Position numbers and translations under genes: made by a program
In this document: positions 9,043 to 18,445 of the stretch, in pieces
Layout of the letters: each line of letters begins with the position of its first letter
Numbering within the stretch: the first letter of the stretch is position 1
Notes under the pieces: model-generated
Told to the model about the DNA's origin: nothing
Databases searched by the model: none
The model's input: only the letters and a program-made list of their open reading frames with translations
Assembly: GCA_013697735.1 (NCBI GenBank)
Contig: JACCWH010000050.1
Span: 62 to 64,061, forward strand
DNA: 64,000 nt
Reading direction: 5' to 3'
Origin: Trueperaceae bacterium
GTDB lineage: Bacteria > Deinococcota > Deinococci > Deinococcales > Trueperaceae

Positions 9043-10910
9043 TGCCGTGGGGACCCGACCGCGTTCGCCGCCCGGCGGCGTACGTCGACTACTCGCTCGA
9101 TTGGGCGCTCGGCGGGGGCCTCGCTGGCACCGCGACGCGCATCGGCCGCTCACAGCCGGGCGATCCCGGCGTCACGCCCCCCGGGGAGTACCGCGACGAC
9201 CTCGCTCACGCCTGGCAACGCGGCGGCGCCATCACGACGCAACGCTCCTACTTCGCGAGCGCCGCCCTGGCGCTCTCGGATGGCCTTATCGAGGTCGAGC
9301 TGGTGCCCGACATCGAAGCGCTGCTCCCGGGCTTCGGCAGGGCACCCGATTGCCTCTACCCGCTCGAAGCGCTGCTCTGCGAGGTCGAGCACCTGGATCA
9401 CGTCTGCGGTGACGCGGCGCAGGACCTCATCGACGCGGTGATGCCGACCCGCTTGGAGTTGGCGACGTCCGCCGCGCTGGGGGCTGGCGTCGTGCTCGCA
9501 CTCACGCGCGGGCCGGGACTCTACGGCGTCGACGATAGGGTGCCGACGGACTACACCACGCTCGGCAAGGCCCCCATGGCGGTGATCGGCGAGCTGCTCT
9601 TGCGCACGGACGCGCGGTATTGGTTCACGCCCGGGATCCTCCACATCGACGGGCGAGCGATGCCGAGCGCCGCGAGCGCCGACCCACCCAGTGACCCCAT
9701 GACGGGGCCGGGAGCGTTGTGGCTCGATCAGGCGACCGAGAGCGGTTCGGTGAGCGTCGACCTCGACGCCTCCACGACGAAAGCGCAGGCCGCCCTCGCG
9801 TTGAAGGCGCCGGACCTCGCCGAGTTCCTGAAAGACTGCGATCCGAGCGAGGCCGACGGCTGCGTGGGGCGCACGTTCGAGACGATGGAGAACGGGGTAC
9901 TGGCCTGGACGGAGGAGTCGGGGGATCCGACCACCGGCTCGTACACCGAGACCGCCTACCGCATCACCAAGGTCGGCGGCCAGGTGGTCGAGGAGCGCAC
10001 CACCACCAGCGCCAACCGCATCGTCTGGAGGCGCGACCTCCTGAACGACTGGACTCCCGGGCTCGGCTACTGGCGCCCCACGCCGGTGCTGATGGTGGTG
10101 GAGTGGACGATCAAGACCAACACCTTCCTCGGCTGTTGCCCGAACGCCCTCTCGCACTCGGTCGAGAACACGTGGGTACCCCGGCTACCCGACGAGCGCT
10201 TCAGCCCCGAGGGGGATCCGCGCTTGCAGGCTGGCGCGAACGAGGCGGCGGGCGTCTACCTGAGCGCGACGCGCGAGACGACGCAAACGTGGCACGCGGA
10301 GGGGTGGTTGCGTACTCGCGTCGAGGCCGAAGCGAAGCAGGACGGTTGGACGTACGCCTTCGGGGGCGAGAACCTGACGCTGGAAGTCACGTACGTGCCC
10401 TCCTACAAGCGTTCCAGCCGCAGCGAGAAGTTCATTCCCATCGGCGGCGGCAAGTGGCACATCGACACCCGCATCAATGGCGTGGTGCCGATGGCGATTC
10501 GCGAGTACACCAGCCTCGGCACCGAAATCGTGGGCGCGCACGACACCGTGATCGTCAACTCCTACACGATCGAGAGCGATGGCGGCCCACCCACCGTGTC
10601 GTGCGACGTCGATCCCTGCAACCCGGACGAAACGTGCGAGGAGCGCGCGCAACGGCGTTACGACGAGGCGCTGGAGGAGCACGCCGAGGAGACGGCCGTC
10701 CTGGCCTCTCGGGCCATCAACCGCCCAGCGCGCCTGTTGCGTCAGAGCTTCGCCGTCAACCGCTCCGAGGACGTCCAGGTGGGCGACTTCGTCACCACCA
10801 CCCGCGGCCCCGCCGTCGTCACCCGCATCACCTGGTCGGGAGCGAGCCCGCACGGCGGCGGCGAGCCGAGCGACGAGACGTCGATCGAGTGCTGGAGCGC
10901 GCTGCCGTGA
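9042..10910 (+). CDS. large tail tip/baseplate-like protein (622 aa)
   Basis: The ATG overlaps the upstream TGA. GC3-rich frame. Size and position are typical of tail tip proteins. No specific motif recognised. Confidence 0.6.
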   Translation: MPWGPDRVRRPAAYVDYSLDWALGGGLAGTATRIGRSQPGDPGVTPPGEYRDDLAHAWQRGGAITTQRSYFASAALALSDGLIEVELVPDIEALLPGFGRAPDCLYPLEALLCEVEHLDHVCGDAAQDLIDAVMPTRLELATSAALGAGVVLALTRGPGLYGVDDRVPTDYTTLGKAPMAVIGELLLRTDARYWFTPGILHIDGRAMPSAASADPPSDPMTGPGALWLDQATESGSVSVDLDASTTKAQAALALKAPDLAEFLKDCDPSEADGCVGRTFETMENGVLAWTEESGDPTTGSYTETAYRITKVGGQVVEERTTTSANRIVWRRDLLNDWTPGLGYWRPTPVLMVVEWTIKTNTFLGCCPNALSHSVENTWVPRLPDERFSPEGDPRLQAGANEAAGVYLSATRETTQTWHAEGWLRTRVEAEAKQDGWTYAFGGENLTLEVTYVPSYKRSSRSEKFIPIGGGKWHIDTRINGVVPMAIREYTSLGTEIVGAHDTVIVNSYTIESDGGPPTVSCDVDPCNPDETCEERAQRRYDEALEEHAEETAVLASRAINRPARLLRQSFAVNRSEDVQVGDFVTTTRGPAVVTRITWSGASPHGGGEPSDETSIECWSALP

Positions 10911-11089
10911 GCAATAACGCGACGGGTGTGGTCGTCGCGATCGGCGCGAACGCCGTGCGCGTGCGCCTCGCGAACGGACGTAGCGTCACCTGCCGCAACA
11001 CCTTGGGTGCGCGCACGCCGCCCGGCTCGACCGTGATCGTCGTGACCACCGACGCGGGTGGGACCGACATCGTGGGGAGAGTGCGTTGA
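10907..11089 (+). CDS. small tail-module protein (60 aa)
   Basis: GTG 10907 overlaps the upstream stop (GTGA), and its TGA overlaps the next start (TTGA). Beta-strand-rich sequence (VVVAIGANAVRVRL...VIVVTTD). It is the terminal part of track ORF 9719..11089. Confidence 0.45.
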   Translation: MSNNATGVVVAIGANAVRVRLANGRSVTCRNTLGARTPPGSTVIVVTTDAGGTDIVGRVR

Positions 11090-13869
11090 CCTTCGACCAG
11101 CGCTTCCTGGCGTGGTTCATCAGGGTCCTGGCCGAAGCGATCGAAGCGATGGACCTCACCGATGGCGACGAGGACGTGAGCGCGGGAACCGTGGTGGTAC
11201 CCGGCGTCCTGGGGCAGGTCGCTCGCGACACCCGGGGTGGCCTCATCGCCACGCCCAGGGAAAGCAACCTCTACGCGAGACCGCGGCTACCGTTGACGAT
11301 GGGCGTCGTGGATGGTTGGCAGTTCGCGTACGGCGACAACCGGCGCATCCACCTCGCCCTACAGGCGGACGAGAGCGCGCTCGCCATATCGCCCCCCCAC
11401 CTCATCGTCACCTTCGCCGACATCCTCACGCCGCAGAGCCCCGCGCACTTCGCCGCAGCGTTCGCCTTTCGCACCTACCCGACCAGCCCCCACTACGTCG
11501 ACACCGCGCTCCTCTCCCTACCGGGCGTCGCCGCCTACCCGCTCCGCACCACCCCCCAGGGCGCCTGGGCGACCCCGTACCCGCCACCACCGACGCACTA
11601 CGGGGAGCTGGGCTACCTGCCCCTCATGGACGACGGCAACTACGATCACACGTTCCACTTCTTCTCCTCACCCACGCGCGACACCGACACCTGGGGGCTA
11701 CTCCCCGCCGTCGGGAATCAGCACCGCCCGAGCGCCTGGTTCACACCCAACGATTACCTCTGGGAGTGGGCGCGACGCCTGGACCCGCGCCACAACACCC
11801 TCCTACCGTTCATGGCGGGCGTCGACTCCGGGGGGCTCTACCTGCGCGTGCCCCAGGCGGTCGCATCACATCGGCCCAACGCCTTCGCCTTCCTGCACGG
11901 CTTCGCCGAGTGGACGTTCCCGCCCCTCAACACCGGCACCATCGGCATCCTCTACGCCGCGACCGAGTGGGGGCAACTGACCGGGCACGTCGCCAAAGAG
12001 GCGGGCTTCCCCTACCTGCCCGAGGGCGCCACCATGCCCGCCAAAGCCATCGCGGTGACGGCGTTCGAGTCACTCTTCATGGCCTATCCGATCACCTCCG
12101 GGTGGAAGTGGGACGCGGACCTGGTGAGGTACTACCTCGACGACTACCAGAGTGTCGCCGCGTACCCGGGTGACATCCTCGCCGTCGGTCAGCACTGGGA
12201 CGACGTCGCTAGCGTCCTCTTCACGGCGCACTCACTCGCGCACGAGAATCAGGTGGAGCGCTACCCTGGGCCGGTGCTCGACAGCGTTAGCGCGCTCACT
12301 CGCTTCACCCAGACGGTGGGGACGCAACGCGTTTACGAGGGCGGAACCGTGAGCGCGGGCGAGGGCGCGTTGCGGATCGAGCGCTTCGGCTTCGCCTCCC
12401 TCTCGGGAGTGGACGGCTACCTCTACAGCACCCCCGAGCGCCGCGTGGTTGATCGCCTCGGTATCCACTGGAGCGTGACCCCAGAGCAAGCCGCCGGGCC
12501 GTTACCGCCACCGCCGGGCGGTGAAAGCGTGAACGCGCCCTACTACCTCAACATGTGGCGCGCTGCGGGCGACGTAAGGCTCCCCGGCACGACCGTCGCG
12601 ACCGCCACCTACGTCGATTGGGGCATCTGCAATCAGGACTACCGGGTGATCGTCTCCCGGGAAAGCGAGGACCGCGGTTTCGGCGCGAGCGAGGGGCAGC
12701 GTTCTCGCCGCCTCTACCTCAACCTCCAGCGCAAGAACAACGGTGGCGACTTCATCGCCGAGCGGGGCCTCACCCACTGGGGGCGGATCACCACCAGCGT
12801 CGGCTTTTGGTTTCGCACGAACCGCCGCTGGGTGCTCCCGGACACGGTGGATGGCTGGTGGACGAACTACAGCGCGCTCGACGTGCGGCCGGGCGGCCGG
12901 AGCGACGAATACTTCGCGTGGCGGCACGCGTGGCAACCCGCTGCCGCCGAGGGGAACCTCACGCACGGATCCGTGAACATGCCGCGCTCCGCCGCGGGCT
13001 TCGAGCAGCAGCGCGGCGACCTCTTCGTCAGCAATCCCAGTGGGAGGATGGTCGACGGCTTGGGTGTCGAGGGCCTCAGTGGCCGCGACCTCGGCCTGCA
13101 CCACGACTACCCCAATCCGCCCGTCACGATGTTCACCACGGTCGGCGGGAACCCCCAGCCGTCCGCCAACGTCGCGCAGCCGAGCGAACGCGCGGGCATC
13201 TGGTACAGCCTCGCCATGATCGAGATTGGCGCACGAACGGCGTTCACCCCCGCGCCCTACCCCACCCTCTTCGACTTCGAGGAGGACAGTGCGGGCGGCG
13301 AGGTCCAAGCGATCATCGACGACGCGGGCGTCCCCTACTGGAACCCCGAGAACGGGACGTTCGACAAGCACTCCGCGCTCGGCTACCCCAACCTCGCCGA
13401 CATCCTCGCGCGCTACGTCAACGGCGCGAACCTCTACGAGGGGCCTCTCGGTACACTGCCGGTCCCGCTGGCGGGCGTGAGTCGAATCGAGACCTTCTGC
13501 GGGCTCGACTTCGACGCTGGCGGCTTTCACGCGCTCGACGTGGCGCTCGCGCCCGATGGGGACCTGATCTGCGTCGCGGTCGACATCGCCTGGTCGTACC
13601 GCATCAGCCGCGGCTCGCCCGCGGGCGGCTGGAGCCTCGTCGCCGCGGGCGCGTCGATCACCGAGCTGCTCCTGGGTAACGACGCGACCGACTTCGACAC
13701 GAGCGACATGCCGATCCAGGAGTACCGCTTCATCCTGCCCGACTGGCCGAGCCCCATCGGCACCCTCCGCTCCACCCGCACCTCGATCGCCTTCCGGGCT
13801 AGGGAGCCGCACGCCGCCAGTGGCGACACACGCCCCGTGATCGCCCGCATCGCCGGGTGGCTGACGTGA
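11086..13869 (+). CDS. large tail fibre/host-recognition candidate (927 aa)
   Basis: Longest distal tail ORF, with a TTG start overlapping the upstream stop and a GC3-rich frame. No specific motif recognised. Confidence 0.6.
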   Translation: MTFDQRFLAWFIRVLAEAIEAMDLTDGDEDVSAGTVVVPGVLGQVARDTRGGLIATPRESNLYARPRLPLTMGVVDGWQFAYGDNRRIHLALQADESALAISPPHLIVTFADILTPQSPAHFAAAFAFRTYPTSPHYVDTALLSLPGVAAYPLRTTPQGAWATPYPPPPTHYGELGYLPLMDDGNYDHTFHFFSSPTRDTDTWGLLPAVGNQHRPSAWFTPNDYLWEWARRLDPRHNTLLPFMAGVDSGGLYLRVPQAVASHRPNAFAFLHGFAEWTFPPLNTGTIGILYAATEWGQLTGHVAKEAGFPYLPEGATMPAKAIAVTAFESLFMAYPITSGWKWDADLVRYYLDDYQSVAAYPGDILAVGQHWDDVASVLFTAHSLAHENQVERYPGPVLDSVSALTRFTQTVGTQRVYEGGTVSAGEGALRIERFGFASLSGVDGYLYSTPERRVVDRLGIHWSVTPEQAAGPLPPPPGGESVNAPYYLNMWRAAGDVRLPGTTVATATYVDWGICNQDYRVIVSRESEDRGFGASEGQRSRRLYLNLQRKNNGGDFIAERGLTHWGRITTSVGFWFRTNRRWVLPDTVDGWWTNYSALDVRPGGRSDEYFAWRHAWQPAAAEGNLTHGSVNMPRSAAGFEQQRGDLFVSNPSGRMVDGLGVEGLSGRDLGLHHDYPNPPVTMFTTVGGNPQPSANVAQPSERAGIWYSLAMIEIGARTAFTPAPYPTLFDFEEDSAGGEVQAIIDDAGVPYWNPENGTFDKHSALGYPNLADILARYVNGANLYEGPLGTLPVPLAGVSRIETFCGLDFDAGGFHALDVALAPDGDLICVAVDIAWSYRISRGSPAGGWSLVAAGASITELLLGNDATDFDTSDMPIQEYRFILPDWPSPIGTLRSTRTSIAFRAREPHAASGDTRPVIARIAGWLT

Positions 13870-14354
13870 GTTCCCGCCACCGCCTCCCCAGCTACGCCGT
13901 GATCCCCCAGGGCGGGGGACCGGCCTGGATCCGCCCAGCGACGCTGGAGGTGGTGTCTGGCACCGTCACTGGCGGCGACGTGTTGGCGACCGCACCCTAC
14001 CCGTACGATCCCGACCCCCTGCTCCGCGCCTCCCTCGCGTCTGGCGGTGTCCGCATCGGCGGTGTCGGCGCCCCCGCGACCGCCCGGCTCACTTTCCCCG
14101 TCGCGGTGGCGTCACAAGCGAGTGGACCGTCGATCGACTCCTTCCTGGCCCAGCTCCTCCTCGTGCACTCGGGCGCGTTGACGATCGACATGCCGAGCGC
14201 GGCAGGCTACCCGCACGATTACGGCTTGACGGGCATACTCTTCACCACCTTCGGCCAGCGGCTCACGTACGGCGCCACCCCCGACCGCGTCGACATCACG
14301 AGCGAGGGCGCCCTCGTCAGGTGTGCGCTCGGGCTCATCGGTTTCACGCTGTAG
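13857..14354 (+). CDS. hypothetical tail protein
   Basis: 165-aa ORF whose GTG start overlaps the end of the previous gene. Last gene of the plus-strand tail block. Confidence 0.55.
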   Translation: MADVSSRHRLPSYAVIPQGGGPAWIRPATLEVVSGTVTGGDVLATAPYPYDPDPLLRASLASGGVRIGGVGAPATARLTFPVAVASQASGPSIDSFLAQLLLVHSGALTIDMPSAAGYPHDYGLTGILFTTFGQRLTYGATPDRVDITSEGALVRCALGLIGFTL

Positions 14355-14357
14355 CGG

Positions 14358-15338
14358 CTAGTCCTCCGGCCGTGAGAGGGTCGGCACGGCGACGCCCTCA
14401 CGCCGCAGAGCGGTCACGGTCGCGGGCGTGTCGCGCTGGTAGGCCCAGCGGGCCGTGCGCTTCAACTCCGTCGCCATGTCGCGCCCCGTATCCCACCCCG
14501 TCACGATCGGCGAGAGATCCGAGACCGCTTGCGCTTCGCTCACGCCGAACTTCAACGCGACCCCGCACGCGATCGTGAGCACCCGGTGGCGCGCGAGCGG
14601 CACCGGGTACCAGGCGAAGAGCGCGTCGACGATCTTGTCCCAGTCCCCCGTGCCCGACACGCGCGTGGAGCGGTCGAAATCCCGCCGGTAGGCTCGCGCG
14701 GGCGGCGGAAACGCGCCTTGCAGCTCCGAATCGAGGTAGAAGGCCTCGGGCGCCTCGAAGAGCACTCGGGAGATGAACGGTTCCGGCATGACGCCGCCCG
14801 CCTTGCGTTTCCTGTGCGCGAACCCGGGCGCGCGCAGCACCCGAGCGATGTCTTTCACGCTCTGATCGCCCCCCCAGTAGCCGATCACGCCCTCCTCGAC
14901 GTCCCGGTACCGCTCTAGTGCGAGGTCGGCGCCCGGCACGGCGTACCACAGCGCGTGGACGCCGTTGCGGGTCTCGACGATCAGCGAGGGGGGGAGGTCG
15001 TGAGCGAGCAGCTTGCGCGTCACCGCGCGCTTCACCCCCTCGTCGGGGATCCCGTCGATGTCGGTGTACCAGGCGCGAATCTCGATGATGTCCTCGGCTC
15101 GGCGGCGACCGTTCATGCGCGTCTCATTCACGGTGTAGTAGATCCCCGCCCCGCGATCGTTCTCGTCCATCAGCTCCACGTAGCTCTCTTCCCAGGTCCC
15201 TTCGAGGACGCGCGGCACGATCTCGGCGTCCTCGTCGTCCCGGAAGACCTGCCACGCTTGCGGGCCGTAGAGGAGCGAGCAGGGCGGCGGGGGAATCCTC
15301 ACGCGCCTACCGTAACCCGCTACGCACCGCCTGGGCAT
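14358..15338 (-). CDS. archaeo-eukaryotic (AEP) primase-polymerase with PriCT-like C-terminus
   Basis: Motifs GIYYTVNE, WYTDIDG (DxD) and ETRNGVHALW (sxH) appear in AEP order, followed by a helical C-terminal domain. An alternative start, GTG 15302, lies 4 nt after the upstream stop. Confidence 0.7.
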   Translation of the reverse strand: MPRRCVAGYGRRVRIPPPPCSLLYGPQAWQVFRDDEDAEIVPRVLEGTWEESYVELMDENDRGAGIYYTVNETRMNGRRRAEDIIEIRAWYTDIDGIPDEGVKRAVTRKLLAHDLPPSLIVETRNGVHALWYAVPGADLALERYRDVEEGVIGYWGGDQSVKDIARVLRAPGFAHRKRKAGGVMPEPFISRVLFEAPEAFYLDSELQGAFPPPARAYRRDFDRSTRVSGTGDWDKIVDALFAWYPVPLARHRVLTIACGVALKFGVSEAQAVSDLSPIVTGWDTGRDMATELKRTARWAYQRDTPATVTALRREGVAVPTLSRPED

Positions 15339-15591
15339 ACTCGCGCTCGGCCTTGTCGGCGCGCACGAGCGCGTCGGTCATGTCGAGGATGCAGCGCTCG
15401 CGGTGCTCGTTGGCGCCCTTCAGGCGGTCCTCCAGGTCGGCTACCCGCCAACGGAGCGTCCTCGCCTCCGCCACGGCAACGCGCTCCCTCTCTTCGAGCT
15501 GCGCGATGTAGTCACGCATGGGCGCGGCGATCGCGCTCGACTTGACCGAGTCCAGCGCCGCCCGAGCGGTGCGACGGAGGTCGCTACTCAC
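15307..15591 (-). CDS. hypothetical coiled-coil protein
   Basis: 94-aa ORF with heptad-like Glu/Arg/Leu/Ala content. Overlaps its neighbours within the operon. Confidence 0.55.
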   Translation of the reverse strand: MSSDLRRTARAALDSVKSSAIAAPMRDYIAQLEERERVAVAEARTLRWRVADLEDRLKGANEHRERCILDMTDALVRADKAEREYAQAVRSGLR

Positions 15592-16613
15592 GCTGCCGCC
15601 CGATCGGCCAAGCTCTGCAGCGTGCGAACCGCCGTCTTGATCTGCCCGAGGGTCAAGTCGCGCAAGCGGGCACCCTGCGTGCGCGCGATGCGGTCGATGA
15701 GGTCGCCCAGCTCGTTATTCGGCCCGCCCTGGTGGGCGTCGTCGCCGTACAACTCCTCGGCCAACTCCCTGATCCTCGCGAGCCCAGCGAGCACCTCCTG
15801 GTCGATCGGCTTGCCGATCGGCTCCTCCACCTCCTCCTCGCGCGGTTCGTCGGCGAGTTGCGCCTTCACCGCGCCGAGCAGCTCGGTGTAGAGCGTGCGC
15901 TGGGCCTCCGCGTCCGCGGGGATCATGTCGATGCGCTCGCCGAAGTGCTCGGCCACCGCGTTCAGCCCCGGCTCGCTGATCACGCGCTCGATCAACGTGC
16001 GCAGCGCTCGCGCGCCCGCCGTCTCACCGGGAGCCTGAAGGAAGATCGCGAGGTCGAGGTTGTCGCGTTCGAGCTGGATCAGGAAGGCGGTGGCGGTGGA
16101 GCGCAGCGTCTCCTCGCCGGGAGCGCCCACGAACTTCTCCCACACTCGCGCGGACGCCTCGACGCAGGCGGTGTAGGCGGCCTCCAGCTCCGCGAGAGCC
16201 TCCTGAGCGCTTCGCCGGGGCCGCGAGGCACTCCGAGCCCCTGGCGCCTCGCGTAGCGGCGCCTCGTCGGCCTGGGGCTGTGGTGGCGCCTGCTCGCGTC
16301 GCGGCGCGACTGCCGTTCCTGGGTCGATCACGTCGATCTTCCAGGCGAGCGACTTCGAGCCGGGGATGTCGCACTTCGTGATGTCGGCCGTCGCTCCCTT
16401 ACCGATCCCGGCCTTGCCGATCTCCTCGTGCAACCGCGGGGTGGCGAAGAGACCGCGCTCATTGTCCTCCTCGTCCGTGACTTTATACAGGAAGGAATCA
16501 TCGTATTCGGGGTTAGTGGAGGGGATCCGCTTGCCGTCGCCGTACGTGAAGACGAGCCGCTCGGTAATGTTGGTACGAAACTGCATCTTGGGGGGATACT
16601 TCTTGTCAGCCAC
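15588..16613 (-). CDS. hypothetical protein (possible ssDNA-binding/replication accessory)
   Basis: GTG 16613 has AAGGAG 7 nt upstream, so the track start at 16631 was trimmed. The N-terminal ~100 aa are beta-rich (KMQFRTNITERLVFTYGDG...), followed by an acidic Pro-rich linker and a helical C-terminus. The functional guess is weak. Confidence 0.6.
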   Translation of the reverse strand: MADKKYPPKMQFRTNITERLVFTYGDGKRIPSTNPEYDDSFLYKVTDEEDNERGLFATPRLHEEIGKAGIGKGATADITKCDIPGSKSLAWKIDVIDPGTAVAPRREQAPPQPQADEAPLREAPGARSASRPRRSAQEALAELEAAYTACVEASARVWEKFVGAPGEETLRSTATAFLIQLERDNLDLAIFLQAPGETAGARALRTLIERVISEPGLNAVAEHFGERIDMIPADAEAQRTLYTELLGAVKAQLADEPREEEVEEPIGKPIDQEVLAGLARIRELAEELYGDDAHQGGPNNELGDLIDRIARTQGARLRDLTLGQIKTAVRTLQSLADRAAA

Positions 16614-16842
16614 GGGCTCGCTCCTTCGCAATGCGCGCGATCGCCAAGCGAAAGCGGCGCTCCTGGCGGGGCGTCACGCCGCGCACGCCCTTCTCGACGC
16701 GCGCCACGTACGGCTGCGAGACGCCCAGGACGCGCGCTAGGTAGGTCTGCGAGATGGCGTGCTCGACGCGCAACGCGCGCATCTCGGGGCCGAAGTTACG
16801 TCCGGGCGGTCGCCCGCCGGTGTCGGGAGTCGATTCGTTCAT
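16606..16842 (-). CDS. XRE-family helix-turn-helix regulator (78 aa)
   Basis: The sequence EMRALRVEHAISQTYLARVLGVSQPYVARVEKG is a classic HTH_XRE pattern. The ATG overlaps the upstream TGA (ATGA). Trimmed from track ORF 16606..17181. Confidence 0.75.
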   Translation of the reverse strand: MNESTPDTGGRPPGRNFGPEMRALRVEHAISQTYLARVLGVSQPYVARVEKGVRGVTPRQERRFRLAIARIAKERARG

Positions 16843-17600
16843 GCTGATGCCTCGAATACCTGCAAGCGCGAGCGCCTGCGGAGATCGTCGAGCGTGCCGC
16901 CGTGCGAACCATCCACACTCGCGATCACGGTCAGGTTGGAGAGCGGGAACCGCGCGATGATCGCGCTCTGGTACGAGCGTTGCCCAGTGAGGTCGACCCC
17001 GGGAGCGTGGACCTCGTAGGCGAAGTCGTCGAAGCGCCGCAAGTCGACCGACGAGAGCCCCAGTGAGCGCAGCTCGTTGTCGCCCGCCTTGCCGGGGGGA
17101 TCGACCCAGAGGGTGCGCGAGCACGCCACGCTCGGTGGGACGGAGAAGTGCGCTTCGGAGCCGCGCCGAACGTGAGCGCACTTCCTCACGAGCGCGCTCG
17201 GCGTAGTGGCGAAGTAGTCCGACAGGAGCGCGTAGTGCGCCGGGTAGCCGCGAGCGTGCACGAAGTAGATCAACGAGCCCGGCCCCAGGCGCTCGACCTC
17301 GACGGCTGACGAGATCCGGCGGCTGAAGCCCTTGCGGCGCCCCTCTTCGAGGAAGTCCGCGGGGTAGGGGTAGTGCTTCGAGCCGACCCAGTCGAGCACG
17401 TGCGTGACACCATCGGGATCATCGAAGAGGGTGATGCCGAGTTGGGCGAGTCCCAACTCCTCGGGCGTGACGCTCACGAGCGGATCGACGAGGTAGGCCT
17501 CGATCGGTTGGCCTTGCGCGATGCGCTCGACCTCCAGGTAGACGCCCCCCGCCGTGCGCGAGTCGCCACAGCCGCGCGTGACGCCGACCTCGGCGGGCAT
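16839..17600 (-). CDS. hypothetical protein translationally coupled to the ParB-like gene
   Basis: 253 aa starting at ATG 17600, which overlaps the ParB-like TGA (ATGA). GC3-rich frame. No motif recognised. The N-terminal extension in track ORF 16839..18506 is rejected. Confidence 0.65.
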   Translation of the reverse strand: MPAEVGVTRGCGDSRTAGGVYLEVERIAQGQPIEAYLVDPLVSVTPEELGLAQLGITLFDDPDGVTHVLDWVGSKHYPYPADFLEEGRRKGFSRRISSAVEVERLGPGSLIYFVHARGYPAHYALLSDYFATTPSALVRKCAHVRRGSEAHFSVPPSVACSRTLWVDPPGKAGDNELRSLGLSSVDLRRFDDFAYEVHAPGVDLTGQRSYQSAIIARFPLSNLTVIASVDGSHGGTLDDLRRRSRLQVFEASA

Positions 17601-18394
17601 CACGCCACCTCGAAGGCGCGCTGTAGCGCGGCGAGCGCGTCGTCGAAGGTGAGCCCCTCGGCGCGAGCGGATCCGGCGGCGTCTTCGAGCATGTCGGCGG
17701 GCGCGAAGAGCCGCGCTTCGCCCATCACCTCGTCGACGCGTGCCATCACGCCCTCGCGCGAGACGCGCAGCACGTCCGAGATGTGCGCGCTGGTGATCCT
17801 CGCCTCGCCGCGAGTGTGCAGGACCAACCTCTCCTGTTGCGCTGGCGTGAGGTTCGCGATGCGCTCGGCCGTGCCGATCGCGACCTCGCCCGCCCAGACC
17901 CGATCGAGGAGGTCCTCGCGCAAGCCCTCGACGAGCTTCAGGCGCTTGGCGATGGTCGAGCGCGAGATCCCGAGGTCCCGGGAGATCTCGTCGAGGGTGA
18001 AGCCCGCCCGGCGGAGCGTCTGGAAGTGCTCGGCTTCCCGCAGGGGATTCGGCGCACGAAGCAGGTTCAGGCTCGTCGCCATCGCGGCGATCTCCGCCTC
18101 GTCGACGTCGGCGGGAAGGATGGCGGCCATGATGCGCTCGTAGCCTTGCGCTCGCATCACGGCGATGCGCCTCGCGCCGTCGATCACGCGGTAGCGGACG
18201 CAGCCGAGGCCCAGGTCGCTCTCGAAGGCGACGCTCTGGAGCAGGGGCAGGGTGAGCTGGCCGAAGGTTTCGATGGATCGCCCGACGAGTGAGCGGGCTC
18301 GGCTGGGGACGTCGATGTCGACGTCGACGAGCGCGACCGAGGCCGTGAAGGGCTTGGAGCGCTCGAAGAGGCGTTCGGGTTTGGTAGCGGGCAT
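17600..18394 (-). CDS. ParB/Spo0J-like N-terminal domain protein with HTH
   Basis: ParB box RVIDGARRIAVMRAQG, followed by an HTH (FTLDEISRDLGISRSTIAKRL). GGAGG lies 4 nt upstream of the ATG. Confidence 0.8.
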   Translation of the reverse strand: MPATKPERLFERSKPFTASVALVDVDIDVPSRARSLVGRSIETFGQLTLPLLQSVAFESDLGLGCVRYRVIDGARRIAVMRAQGYERIMAAILPADVDEAEIAAMATSLNLLRAPNPLREAEHFQTLRRAGFTLDEISRDLGISRSTIAKRLKLVEGLREDLLDRVWAGEVAIGTAERIANLTPAQQERLVLHTRGEARITSAHISDVLRVSREGVMARVDEVMGEARLFAPADMLEDAAGSARAEGLTFDDALAALQRAFEVA

Positions 18395-18445
18395 GACTCC
18401 TCCGTAACCGCTTTGCGGTACGGATAGCGTATAACCTATTCCACC

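Noticed and set aside
12502-13812. 436-aa minus-strand ORF, together with 9150..10157, 38149..39069 and 46171..47127 on the minus strand
   Set aside because: They are antisense shadows of plus-strand genes that have overlap-coupled starts and GC3 bias. They have no RBS and no motifs.
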